DNA from: an uncultured virus (IMG/VR IMGVR_UViG_3300035698_024194)
Taxonomy: Duplodnaviria > Heunggongvirae > Uroviricota > Caudoviricetes
Direction: 5' to 3' (one strand)
DNA length: 64,000 bases
IMG/VR virus record: IMGVR_UViG_3300035698_024194
The position numbers and the translations under genes are program-made. This document shows, one piece after another, positions 8,328 through 18,300 of this stretch. The notes under the pieces are model-generated. The model had not been told where the DNA came from. It worked only from the letters and a program-made list of their open reading frames with translations, and searched no databases. Each line of letters starts with the position of its first letter. The stretch's first letter is position 1.

Positions 8328-11081
8328 TTATTTTAGAGGTTGATTAGTCATTATTTTTTCCAATATCCCATTCTGTTTTCCTGGACGTAGAATACCTTCA
8401 ATTATATAATCTCTCGGTTTATGAAATGCTAATGCAAGAAGCCAACTCTCCCGATCAGGTACACTCAAAATAGATACCAATTCAGGATTAATGTCATCTC
8501 TCTCAGGCATAAGTCTCCAAAGTTCATTTTTACATCTCATCATTTGAGAAACTACACATTCAAAATGTACCATCAACAAATTCCTATGTTTGGAATATAT
8601 TCTATAAAGATCAAGAACAAGTCCATCATAAGAACATTTAGTATTACAGTGTAACAAATTACGAACAGAAGTTAAATCAGAAACAATATCTTCTTGCTTT
8701 CCCCCTGTCGCTTTTGTTGTTGTTTGAGCAACACCTGATGTATGGAATGTTCTCATTACTAACTGAGTACCAACTTCACCCAAAGCCTGACCTGCAATAA
8801 TACCAATATATCTCGACTTAGTTATTTCATAAAGTTTCCCATAACAAGTTTTACACAATTTTCTTGATTTACAAAAGATAGGAGATCTTAGATGGACAGT
8901 TTTACCTTCATCTGTTTTAACATCATAATAACTCATATAATTTGCCAAAGTTATTAATACTAATTTTCCATCAATAACATCATATCTTCCTACTAGAGAT
9001 CGAGCCATCTTCTGACTTATAACTTTAAAATTTAATGTATCCTTTGTTCCACAATTATCAACAGATTCATCAATTTCTAGTTTAGAAGAACTGTATACGA
9101 TTTTTCTTGTTAGATATCCTGATACTCCAGTATTTAGTGCAGTATCAAGCAATCCTTTACGTGTACCATAAGAAGAATTAAAGAATTCTTCTTCATTCAA
9201 CCCATGAACATAATTATTCTTTATAGGTTCTTGAATAATATCTCCTGATGAATTAGAAACATATCCACGAGTCAATATAATCTGTGTAGCTTGATCCCAT
9301 GATCCACGTGAACCAGATTCAATAAAAGCAGAATATCCAAAATGCGATTTTACTTCGTCCATCATTTCTTTGCTTTTGAGGGCATTTATTTTATCATTGA
9401 TGGTCATTTCAGTATTCTCATAAATCTTGCTGGCTAGTTCAACTGCTTTGGGAAGATGCATTCCTTTTAAAGAAATAGTACTTCCGTGTATTGTTGTTTG
9501 TTTAAACCCTAACTGTTTAACTTTGTCTAGACATTCCCTTACTTCAATAGGATAAATTCTAGCAACGTCATTTAAAATAACTGTTAAGAGTTTCTTTGTT
9601 ATTGCCCGATTAAATAATTTCAATCCCTTTTCAGACAATAATTGTTTAATATATACATCAGGAAGAGTATTGAAGAATTTGATTCTTCCTTCAGTTGTCA
9701 TTATACCATTATACTCGGCTGGAGGGGTTTCACCATCAAGAGTAAGAAGATATATACCAAGAACAATATCTTGATTAACTCCTATAATTAAATCTCCAGT
9801 AGAAGGAGAAATTAAATTTTGTGATAATGAAAGCTTTTCTACACATTCCTTTTCTGCAGCTTTTGATAATGCTCTATAAATAGCCATCTGATCACCATCA
9901 AAGTCAGCATTAAAAGGTTCACAAGCCATTGGAGGAATTTGGATTACATATTCTTTATTAGGGAATATTTTAAATCCAAGGACACCCATTCTGTGAAGTG
10001 TAGGTTGTCTGTTTAGAGTAACCGATTTGCCTGTACATACTTTACATACAGCTTCCCAAAGACAAAAATCTTCTTTCTTAATACAATCATCAATATGACT
10101 CAAAGCCATATCATAAGTTTTAAATTTTCTCTTTGCATGAAGATAATTTGCTAGCTCAAGTTTATATAACTCAAGAAGCATAATATAAGGTACTCTACAC
10201 TCGTCAATCTTCAAAGGAGGATCAGGAGTAATAACTGCTCTACCAGAAAAATCATTTCTTTTTCCTAAAATAGAGTCTCTAATAATCCCTGTCTTTTTAC
10301 TAAATTTATCAAGAATAAAATCATACAACTGGAATACAAACCTTTGGAGGTTTCTTGTATTCACAGCAAGTATTTTTGGATCTTGATCGGATTCCAGAAG
10401 TTCATCATTTTTAGTTAAAGCGAAATTCAAAATTGTCAATATATAATCATTCAATTGATCTCGCTTCTGGACATCTTTTGTTTTACTTATTGGTCGAAAT
10501 GCAGGAGGACATACAATGACATATTGCATAAAGAATTTGCTCATGTTATCATAAATATATTGCCAATCCTCTTCCTCATCCTTTCTTTCATTTGCACGAT
10601 TTAAAACAATGTCATATATTCCTTTTAAGCCGGAATATAAAATAACCCCTTCAGGCATGGTAGCAAGTTTTTCCTCATCTACCATAACAAACTTTTTAAT
10701 CTCTTCACTCCAGTATGTACCAATTATCGTTTCGGAATACATCAATTTATCAAGTACATCCTTCAATGTAATCTTTCCAATTTTAATAATAAGATAATAC
10801 ATAATAGGATTCATTATTGCTAAGGGTAGACGAATTTTAGCATATCGTTTTCGTCTTTCGCTTGAGTGAGCAATTTCAACATCACATATACTACATACAG
10901 TTCCTTTTTTAGCTCGACCCATATAATTACCGCATGCGCAAGTATAATTTTTTACAGGTCCAAATATTTTTTGTGAAAACAACCCTTCTTCATGAAAATC
11001 TCTTCTCGAATACAATTTATTTGATGTTACCTCGGGAAGAGATTTACATACTTCATCTACATTTTGAAATTCGATCCTCAT
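8328..11081 (-). CDS. rpoC: Multisubunit RNA polymerase beta' subunit, set 1 (probably non-virion)
   Basis: GLFSQKIFGP with CxC..CxxC zinc finger, LGKRNDFSGR, NRQPTLH, catalytic NADFDGDQM, GYLTRK, TQLVMRTFH. Confidence 0.97.
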   Translation of the reverse strand: MRIEFQNVDEVCKSLPEVTSNKLYSRRDFHEEGLFSQKIFGPVKNYTCACGNYMGRAKKGTVCSICDVEIAHSSERRKRYAKIRLPLAIMNPIMYYLIIKIGKITLKDVLDKLMYSETIIGTYWSEEIKKFVMVDEEKLATMPEGVILYSGLKGIYDIVLNRANERKDEEEDWQYIYDNMSKFFMQYVIVCPPAFRPISKTKDVQKRDQLNDYILTILNFALTKNDELLESDQDPKILAVNTRNLQRFVFQLYDFILDKFSKKTGIIRDSILGKRNDFSGRAVITPDPPLKIDECRVPYIMLLELYKLELANYLHAKRKFKTYDMALSHIDDCIKKEDFCLWEAVCKVCTGKSVTLNRQPTLHRMGVLGFKIFPNKEYVIQIPPMACEPFNADFDGDQMAIYRALSKAAEKECVEKLSLSQNLISPSTGDLIIGVNQDIVLGIYLLTLDGETPPAEYNGIMTTEGRIKFFNTLPDVYIKQLLSEKGLKLFNRAITKKLLTVILNDVARIYPIEVRECLDKVKQLGFKQTTIHGSTISLKGMHLPKAVELASKIYENTEMTINDKINALKSKEMMDEVKSHFGYSAFIESGSRGSWDQATQIILTRGYVSNSSGDIIQEPIKNNYVHGLNEEEFFNSSYGTRKGLLDTALNTGVSGYLTRKIVYSSSKLEIDESVDNCGTKDTLNFKVISQKMARSLVGRYDVIDGKLVLITLANYMSYYDVKTDEGKTVHLRSPIFCKSRKLCKTCYGKLYEITKSRYIGIIAGQALGEVGTQLVMRTFHTSGVAQTTTKATGGKQEDIVSDLTSVRNLLHCNTKCSYDGLVLDLYRIYSKHRNLLMVHFECVVSQMMRCKNELWRLMPERDDINPELVSILSVPDRESWLLALAFHKPRDYIIEGILRPGKQNGILEKIMTNQPLK

Positions 11082-11124
11082 CTAATGGTCTCCCTTTGTG
11101 ATGGGGCAATTTATATTTCGGAGA

Positions 11125-11802
11125 TTATTCTCCTGATTTCATAAAAGGTTTTGTTAATAGGCCAAACCCTTGTAATACCTTTTCTACTGCTCTGAACTTT
11201 GTAAATAAGAATCTAATCTGTTTATTCAAAGAAACAGTAGATTTCATATATTTTTGCATTTTCTCCATTTTTTCGGCTTCGACTGCTTCAACTTTATCAG
11301 CAATCAATCTTACTATTGCAGGTTTTACTTCCAATTTAAATTCTTCCGCACATTTTTCTTTTACTGATTCAATAATTAAATCATGATATGACGTTTGAAC
11401 GTTATGCTTGATTGCATCTTTCACCATTATATCTACAACTTTCTGGAAAGTTTGTACCATATACAATTCAGGACTACTTAACATCTTGTCTTTTTCCTCA
11501 ATTAATTCTTTCGCTTTTGAAATTTTATTGAATACACTTTCATTTACGGTCCAGAATTTTGAGCCAGAATTATAACTTATAAACTTTCTTTTCTTCAACT
11601 GTTGTAAAGCAGTTCCTACAGTCTTATATACTACATTTAACTTTTGGGATTTAAGACCTAAGTATATTGCTTTCTTAGTATAAAACTGTTGTGGAGTAAG
11701 TGAATTTTCCAATAATTTAATTACTTCAACTAACTTTAGTTGGTGGTCTGTACAGTTTTTCTTAACCATGTTCAATCTCCTTTTCTTTTTTAAGTCTTTC
11801 AA
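11125..11802 (-). CDS. Hypothetical protein, possible N-terminal winged HTH plus coiled coil
   Basis: VYKTVGTALQQLKKRKFISY..GSKFWTV wing pattern; real start probably MVKKN. Confidence 0.55.
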   Translation of the reverse strand: MKDLKKKRRLNMVKKNCTDHQLKLVEVIKLLENSLTPQQFYTKKAIYLGLKSQKLNVVYKTVGTALQQLKKRKFISYNSGSKFWTVNESVFNKISKAKELIEEKDKMLSSPELYMVQTFQKVVDIMVKDAIKHNVQTSYHDLIIESVKEKCAEEFKLEVKPAIVRLIADKVEAVEAEKMEKMQKYMKSTVSLNKQIRFLFTKFRAVEKVLQGFGLLTKPFMKSGE

Positions 11803-12226
11803 AATATGGTTCGTTATCAGGATCCATAACAGTTATAATACTTTTATGTCGTGTTAGATCAGCTTCTTTAAAATGAGGTTGTTCAATTGATATAATTGTT
11901 TCATCAAATGTTTCTTTTGAAAAAGGCTTATTGTAACAAGTACTACGACAGTAGTTATCATCTGCTATAATGGGATGTAATCCTTTAGCATCAATTGTTT
12001 TTATATTTCCTTCTTCATCAAGTATTATTATACAAGACGTAATTCCATATCCTAATGCTTTTACAATTTCCCATCTATCATCATCTGCTAATCCGCATAG
12101 ACCATATTTACCATTAGCGTCATATGTAAATCCATACCATCTAATAGGGGAATTAATAATAATTAATGAAATTTCATCTTTAGCTATATATTCCCACAAC
12201 GCATACGTTTTAACTAAATCCTTCAA
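11762..12226 (-). CDS. Hypothetical protein, candidate E2 (ubiquitin-conjugating)-like fold
   Basis: TTG start with AAGGAG RBS; beta strands followed by LHPIIADDNYC (HPx...C), next to a ThiF gene. Confidence 0.4.
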   Translation of the reverse strand: MKDLVKTYALWEYIAKDEISLIIINSPIRWYGFTYDANGKYGLCGLADDDRWEIVKALGYGITSCIIILDEEGNIKTIDAKGLHPIIADDNYCRSTCYNKPFSKETFDETIISIEQPHFKEADLTRHKSIITVMDPDNEPYFERLKKEKEIEHG

Positions 12227-12236
12227 TATAATCTCC

Positions 12237-13103
12237 TTAAGCAGCAGTAGTTATTGGATAAATAAATGCTTCAATATATTTTAAATTATTTCTATAATCT
12301 ACAACACTTTTATTAAATTGAATTAAAAAGTATGTAGTGCCAAAATATTTTAAAATTTTACATACCTCCTTATTGTTCCTGACGTTTGTTAGTTGGTTAA
12401 TTATTCCATCTGGCAATTTAAATAAAATCTTCCCTTCAAAAGGAAAATTCTCAGAAGAATATTTGCCCATTATATTAACAAAATTTTTCTTATGATATGC
12501 TATCTCATTATCATATAGTGGATAACACGCCATATCTTTTTTATTACCATTAAATAATATAGTATTCTTTTTATTTGTTATCATATAGGTTTTATTTTTC
12601 TTTCCTATATAACACTTAGGATATCTTATTGCATGTTCAACAACATCAGCTGCTTTTCGGATTAACTTTTTATCTACAAAAGGATAAATCGAAATAGAAC
12701 TTCCCACAAATGATTTAATTTTCCCATCTTGTAAAATCAAAATATTACCATCAAAAGATACAGCAAGAGTACATTTTATATTTCGTTTTGCTTTATCATC
12801 AAGACAATTGATAATAACCTGTTTATTATTACATTTAAAAGTATCACTAGATGCTTTTTTATTATGGATTTCAACATAATTATTAACAGCATAATTATTA
12901 GTTTCTCGTACCAACATATCTCTGAATGCTTCTACTCTTGGTTTTCCCATATATCTTTTGGGAAATATCAAATCCCCTTGTTTTACAATATTATGGTCCC
13001 ATACATGTAGTTTCTTCAAAGATTTAAAATTTTTAAACAGTTTTCTTGCAACTTCAATTCCAATTGCTCCACATCCTACAACATGATACTCTTTTCTTGT
13101 CAT
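12237..13103 (-). CDS. ThiF/E1-like adenylyltransferase-domain protein with possible C-terminal ubiquitin-like segment
   Basis: VVGCGAIG, WDHNIV, GKPRVEA, IINCLDD; C-terminus LIQFNKSVV...FIYPITTAA. Confidence 0.75.
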   Translation of the reverse strand: MTRKEYHVVGCGAIGIEVARKLFKNFKSLKKLHVWDHNIVKQGDLIFPKRYMGKPRVEAFRDMLVRETNNYAVNNYVEIHNKKASSDTFKCNNKQVIINCLDDKAKRNIKCTLAVSFDGNILILQDGKIKSFVGSSISIYPFVDKKLIRKAADVVEHAIRYPKCYIGKKNKTYMITNKKNTILFNGNKKDMACYPLYDNEIAYHKKNFVNIMGKYSSENFPFEGKILFKLPDGIINQLTNVRNNKEVCKILKYFGTTYFLIQFNKSVVDYRNNLKYIEAFIYPITTAA

Positions 13104-13495
13104 GCACCCTCCTTAATAGTTGATATTTGAATAAACACTCTAGTAACATTTGTATTATCTGAATACAAATAACTTTGAGCTACAAATACTTTTACTCCTT
13201 TCCCTTCTAATAATTTAATAACTTCTTCTGTAGTTTTATCTTCGAGTTTTTGAAATTCAATTATTCCTACATCGACCATCATTTTATCTGTAACTCCTGG
13301 TATTGATAACCCTTTTTCATCAACTCGTAAACTGGTACCTGTGGATATTAATCTTATAGGATAACCTAATTCTTTAAACATGGAACTAATATGCAATAAC
13401 TTTCTGCCATTATCCCGATTAATATTATCTTCTTTAAGATCATATGTTAACCACGGTTTTTTATTTTGTCCTCTTGCTCCTGTTTGTCTAGCCAT
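13100..13495 (-). CDS. Hypothetical protein
   Basis: 131-aa ORF, ATGA-coupled to the ThiF gene. Confidence 0.7.
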   Translation of the reverse strand: MARQTGARGQNKKPWLTYDLKEDNINRDNGRKLLHISSMFKELGYPIRLISTGTSLRVDEKGLSIPGVTDKMMVDVGIIEFQKLEDKTTEEVIKLLEGKGVKVFVAQSYLYSDNTNVTRVFIQISTIKEGA

Positions 13496-13508
13496 TTAAA
13501 ATTCCTTT

Positions 13509-13784
13509 CTATAAGTCAATGTTAAATGTTCCTACTTCAGTTGTTCTCATTTTAATTCCTCCTACTTCAGGAAAAGCCATAACTGACGCTTTTTGAGAAG
13601 GAGTAAGATTACATTTCAATAACTTTTGTTTTGTTGTTATAAAAATTGCTCCTGACCTATAATATATATCTCCGGGATTTGGAACTATTTTTGCTACATC
13701 TTCCAATGTTAATGTAAGTGGTGATATCTGCATTTTAGTATTCCTTTCATAAAAGAAAATTATATGTTTGTTGAATGAAATCAT
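13509..13784 (-). CDS. Hypothetical protein
   Basis: ORF in operon; likely start MQISPL after AAGGA. Confidence 0.65.
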   Translation of the reverse strand: MISFNKHIIFFYERNTKMQISPLTLTLEDVAKIVPNPGDIYYRSGAIFITTKQKLLKCNLTPSQKASVMAFPEVGGIKMRTTEVGTFNIDL

Positions 13785-14229
13785 TTACTGTTACAGCTAC
13801 AAACGATCTACCATGTCTGTATTTATTTATATAATCGATAGTAGGTAAATCATTATCGACATATACAATATTAGTAATTTTTCTTTCAATCGTTCCTGCT
13901 TTTGCATCTTTCAGGATTTTAGTAATTACTTCAACTTTCCACGACCACTTGGCTTCATCATCTTCAAAAGGATATGTCCATGTAGGAATTGTAAAAATTC
14001 TTTCTGGGAATAATCCATAAATATTACAACAAAGCCAGACAGGAAATTTATCAATTTTAGGTCTACCTGTCAAGACCGACCATCTTATATCATACATAGC
14101 TGGATTAAGATAAGGCCCTTTTTGAAAATTCAATTTCCAGTTTTTCCAAATTCCTAGCCAATGTTCCTGCCCAAAAAGTGTACCATCAAAATCGAATAAG
14201 TATAACATGTTTCCATTTTTCATAAACAC
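13747..14229 (-). CDS. HAD-superfamily phosphatase
   Basis: LFDFDGTL (motif I), LTGR (II), K (III), YVDND (IV). Confidence 0.85.
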   Translation of the reverse strand: MFMKNGNMLYLFDFDGTLFGQEHWLGIWKNWKLNFQKGPYLNPAMYDIRWSVLTGRPKIDKFPVWLCCNIYGLFPERIFTIPTWTYPFEDDEAKWSWKVEVITKILKDAKAGTIERKITNIVYVDNDLPTIDYINKYRHGRSFVAVTVNDFIQQTYNFLL

Positions 14230-14241
14230 AATATTCTCTAA

Positions 14242-16638
14242 TTATAATTGAAATACCCTGTCACAGTACGCTGCACATTCTTTACTGTGAGTAACCAAAG
14301 TAACTGAAAGATCATCCGATATTTTTTTCAATATTTTCAAATACGCAACAGAATTATCACTATCAAGGGAATCTAAAACTTCATCAAGTAAAAATATATT
14401 AAAACTTTTACCATGAAGTTTTTCTGTTAATTTCCTTAATGATGATATGGTACATACATCAATCATTCTCTTTTCACCACCTGAAAGGAGTTTATAATTA
14501 TCTGCACCTGTTTCTGTATTTAAAACATTTACTGAAAATTTATCTCGTATGTCTCCTGCTCCAGTTGTAGATAAAGTATCAAACGTCAATATAAATCTAC
14601 CTGTCGCAAGTCTTTCAAGTTCCTCTCTTACACATTCATTCAGATAAGGTAACGCATCATCTATCAACATTGATTTAATACCCCTATCACTAAACCCCTC
14701 TTTCCAAAATTCTAGGATTGTAATAAGTTCATTAAAATGATCCTCATCTTTTTTAAGATTTTTCTCCTGTTTAACCAATTCTTTAATAGTATTTCCTACA
14801 GTATGAATTTCACTGTCATCAACTACAGGTTGAGATTTCAATTCTACCAACTCCTCATCCTTAGTTTTGATCAAATCGTGTTTAACTGAAAGAGTTCCCG
14901 AGATAGTATTTATCTGTTTTAATTGTTCATCGAACACAGAGCACTTATCTTGTAACTCATTAAGGGTATTATATAATACATTCTCCCTCTTTTCCAGTGA
15001 TATTTGTATTTCCTTTACAGAATTATCTTTATTAACTATTTGTTCATTAATCTTTTGTTTGTAATCTTTTTCTACTTGACTTTTAGATACAAGAATTTCA
15101 GCATCTTTTTTAGTATTCAAGTCTTCTAGTTGAGTCGTAATATTAATTTGTTTTTCAGAGATACTAGAAATTTTTTCATCTCTTTTTTGTTCAATTACTT
15201 TAACCTTTGTACTACAAGATTTCTTTTCCTTGTCAGCTTTCTTTTGAACTTTATCAAGTTTAGATTGTGATTCAGATACTTCTGTTTGAAGTGTCTTACC
15301 TTCCTCTCTTAATTTAGTTAATTCATTTCGACAAATATCTTGTTCTAAACCAATGTCTTTAATTACTTTGTCTCTCTCAACAATTCCCAATGGTTGACCA
15401 CATTTAGTACAATCAATTTCGGGTTGTTCTTTTGTTTTAAATGACTCTTTATCTAATTCATGAACTTTTGATTCTATCTCCGCCCCAGTAGTTACTATTT
15501 GATCTACTTTACGAAGTTCCTGAGTCAATATATTATTTAATTTATTACATTCCCCCTCATGTTTAGATATTATTTTATTACTCGCTTCAACTAATGAAAG
15601 GATATCAGAAGCTGCTTCGAGTCGAAGATTTGAAATATCATCATTATTCTGGTTTTCTTCACCAGTCAATTTTTCAATTTCTTCATTATATTTATTTGAT
15701 ATGTTTACTGAATTTTCTGTGTATTCCTGTTTGGCTTGTACCTTTAACATTTCAACATTAGAATTGCATTGACTGACAGTAAATTCAGTTTTCTTTTCTG
15801 AATCTTCTTTTGTGTTAGTTTGTTCAACTTCAAGTTTAGTAATCTCAGTTTTCATTTCATCATGAGGAACTGGATCATATTTGATATGTTCCTTCTCATT
15901 ATCGAGATTGACTATATCCCCTTTTAACTTATTAATATCTTCATCAAGATCAAATCCCCTTTGTTTTAACACTTCTTCCTTTTCTTTTTTAGTTTTAAGA
16001 AGAAGAGCTAAATACATTTTCTTTTCAGGAATTTGATTTGTGATTTTAATTCTTTCAATCTTAAATGAATCTAATTTCTGAATAGCTAACTTCAATTGAC
16101 TATCAGTAAATTTATATCTTTCAAGCCATTCCTCAAATGCAAAAATAGCATTAAATATTAATTTTTGTTCTGAATTAGTCAATGCTGTAAAGAAATCCTT
16201 TATTTGTTGTCCAAAATAAACTGTATTCCTGAACACGCCTTTACTAACAAGTATCGACTCTATTTTCTTATGAGTCTCAGTAACACTTTTCCCAGATATA
16301 TCATTATCATTTTTCAGCAGAATTGTTTTATTGCTGTGTTGAGAATGTTTTTGATATTTCCTTATTTCATACTTATCGTCATTTACAAGAAAGAATATAT
16401 TAATAAGTAAATTCTTAGGTGATTTTCTATTAAGTAAATCACTTACCCTAAGACTTGGTCCTGTTGCTTCTCCTGTATCTCCAAATAAACCGATCACCAT
16501 TGAATTGAAGATTGTTGATTTTCCCTTACCATTTTTACCTGTTATTGCTGTAAGAGTCTTCTCGACAAAATCAATATCAATTTCATGATGACATCCACAA
16601 TTTTCTAAATGGACTTTTTGAAATTTAATAATATCCAT
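14242..16638 (-). CDS. sbcC: SbcC/Rad50/gp46-like SMC ATPase
   Basis: Walker A GKNGKGKST, Q-loop FGQ, coiled coil with CTKC hook, LSGGE signature, LLDE Walker B, VTH. Confidence 0.95.
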   Translation of the reverse strand: MDIIKFQKVHLENCGCHHEIDIDFVEKTLTAITGKNGKGKSTIFNSMVIGLFGDTGEATGPSLRVSDLLNRKSPKNLLINIFFLVNDDKYEIRKYQKHSQHSNKTILLKNDNDISGKSVTETHKKIESILVSKGVFRNTVYFGQQIKDFFTALTNSEQKLIFNAIFAFEEWLERYKFTDSQLKLAIQKLDSFKIERIKITNQIPEKKMYLALLLKTKKEKEEVLKQRGFDLDEDINKLKGDIVNLDNEKEHIKYDPVPHDEMKTEITKLEVEQTNTKEDSEKKTEFTVSQCNSNVEMLKVQAKQEYTENSVNISNKYNEEIEKLTGEENQNNDDISNLRLEAASDILSLVEASNKIISKHEGECNKLNNILTQELRKVDQIVTTGAEIESKVHELDKESFKTKEQPEIDCTKCGQPLGIVERDKVIKDIGLEQDICRNELTKLREEGKTLQTEVSESQSKLDKVQKKADKEKKSCSTKVKVIEQKRDEKISSISEKQINITTQLEDLNTKKDAEILVSKSQVEKDYKQKINEQIVNKDNSVKEIQISLEKRENVLYNTLNELQDKCSVFDEQLKQINTISGTLSVKHDLIKTKDEELVELKSQPVVDDSEIHTVGNTIKELVKQEKNLKKDEDHFNELITILEFWKEGFSDRGIKSMLIDDALPYLNECVREELERLATGRFILTFDTLSTTGAGDIRDKFSVNVLNTETGADNYKLLSGGEKRMIDVCTISSLRKLTEKLHGKSFNIFLLDEVLDSLDSDNSVAYLKILKKISDDLSVTLVTHSKECAAYCDRVFQL

Positions 16639-16648
16639 ATGTTACCTT

Positions 16649-16888
16649 TCAATTGTAATAAATTTTATCGGGTTTTGATCTACTTACCATCAAAAACACA
16701 ATCTTTTCAAACTTTTCTTTGTCTTCTGGTAAAGAGAAGTTGCTACAATATACTTGATCATAATCTAAACTATATACAGAAGCAAAATCCCCGGCGGGTG
16801 ATAATATAACATGAGCTTTAACATTTATATCACCTATGCTATATGTATTAACTACTTCTTCAACTTCTTTTGGATATATCTAGTCCAT
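16649..16888 (-). pseudogene. 80-codon reading frame with an in-frame TAG at codon 3
   Basis: GAGGA RBS and TAATG coupling; reads MD*IYPKEVEEVVNTYSIGD...KIYYN then TGA just before sbcC. Confidence 0.55.
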
Positions 16889-17250
16889 TATAAATCCTCT
16901 TGTTCAAGTTTCCACATTATCAAATCTACATCTGAATGAACTGTTATATTTGAAATTTTATCAATAAAATAAATCCTTCCAAACTTACTAGTGTATGTTT
17001 CTTCTACATCAATAATAGCAATTAACCTATGATCAGTATGATGTTCTGCAACAGCTGAAAGTATCCCTTTATACCTTCTATCAACAGAATGAAAGGAAAT
17101 CAAAGATCCAGTTCGAAAAGACCAGGTTCTGAATTCTTTGTTTCTTCTGATGGCTTCTTGATTAGCGATGGAGATATATCCTTTTGGGGTGTTGACTTTG
17201 TCGTTGTAGTAGGGGAGTCCTTCAAATCGGGTATCTCTTCCATATTGCAT
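16888..17250 (-). CDS. Small hypothetical protein of the IM[FW]KL C-terminal motif family
   Basis: AGGGAGG RBS; ends SDVDLIMWKLEQEDL; overlaps the 3' end of sbcD by 151 bp. Confidence 0.7.
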   Translation of the reverse strand: MQYGRDTRFEGLPYYNDKVNTPKGYISIANQEAIRRNKEFRTWSFRTGSLISFHSVDRRYKGILSAVAEHHTDHRLIAIIDVEETYTSKFGRIYFIDKISNITVHSDVDLIMWKLEQEDL

Positions 17251-18221
17251 AACAACCTCCCTATTTCAAGATATTTTTCTTTATTTTCAACTTCATTAAT
17301 TTCAAGATATTTTTCTAATTTTTCTCCAGTAGACATTCCAAGGGAAACTCCTCTGTTAGTAATATCTTTTTCAATTTTACTTATTATATGTGATCCTTCA
17401 TTTAAAAGTTCTTTGCCTGTTAAGTTACGAATTCTTACTTTATGACCAAGATCTTTCATCTGTTTCTCTGATTCGAATATAGATTGAGCTTCTGCTTTGT
17501 CATTAATAATCAATTCAATATGTCTAGTATAACCAACAAAAGGAATTGATTCTACTTCTAATGAGTCGATATCATAAAGAAGAAATCTTTTTTCTTCATT
17601 CTTCTCATCCCAACCCAACTGACAAGGATCACCTACATAATGAGTATTTCCAATTTGCTGAGGTTTATGATAATGCCCTAATAAGACAAGTTTATACTTA
17701 TTCAAATCTCTTGCCTTTATATCAGATACAATTGATATACCTGAACTCAATAGGGCTTCTGATACACCAAAATGTGAAAGAAGAATATTAGCAGGGAGAT
17801 CATCATGAACATCTTTCACAATATGTTTTGAAAATGGTACCCATGAAATACCCATCCCTTCTTCAATCCATTTCTCAGTAATTACTCTAACATTATTCAT
17901 TCCCTTGAATCCTTCAATTGACGATACTTGATCATCCCCAGCAGTATCCATATCATGATTCCCGGACAAAAGAGTAAAATATATATCACAATTCCTTTCC
18001 ATCCAATCTTTAAAAAGTATAAACGGTTTAGTGTAGAAAATATTTTTATCATTATTAATATCACCGAGTATATCAATAAATTTAATATTATTTTCCATTG
18101 CAAACATTGCTACTTGTTCACATGAAGACATTATATCGGCTAGCCTTTGGGGGAGCCCATTTTTATCAGCATCCCCACTATAAGCAGACAAATGAATATC
18201 TGCAATTGCAATTCTTTTCAT
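17100..18221 (-). CDS. sbcD: SbcD/Mre11/gp47-like nuclease
   Basis: ADIHL, LGD, GNHD, SHF, GHYH metallophosphoesterase motifs; near sbcC. Confidence 0.93.
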   Translation of the reverse strand: MKRIAIADIHLSAYSGDADKNGLPQRLADIMSSCEQVAMFAMENNIKFIDILGDINNDKNIFYTKPFILFKDWMERNCDIYFTLLSGNHDMDTAGDDQVSSIEGFKGMNNVRVITEKWIEEGMGISWVPFSKHIVKDVHDDLPANILLSHFGVSEALLSSGISIVSDIKARDLNKYKLVLLGHYHKPQQIGNTHYVGDPCQLGWDEKNEEKRFLLYDIDSLEVESIPFVGYTRHIELIINDKAEAQSIFESEKQMKDLGHKVRIRNLTGKELLNEGSHIISKIEKDITNRGVSLGMSTGEKLEKYLEINEVENKEKYLEIGRLLCNMEEIPDLKDSPTTTTKSTPQKDISPSLIKKPSEETKNSEPGLFELDL

Positions 18222-18264
18222 TCAATCTCCTTTAAAATCGACTCAAATTAACTATCATAAATTA

Positions 18265-18286
18265 ATATATTTAGGTCCGCGTTGCC
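18265..18286 (-). promoter_or_regulatory. Putative early/middle phage promoter GGCAAC-N7-TAAATATAT
   Basis: Intergenic, upstream of sbcD; matches 1148-1169. Confidence 0.5.
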
Positions 18287-18300
18287 TACCAAACTTCGAC

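Noticed and set aside
5044..11081. Bacterial chromosomal rpoBC operon
   Set aside because: Order is rpoC then rpoB, the subunits are short and divergent, there are no ribosomal protein genes, and the context is phage replication and baseplate genes
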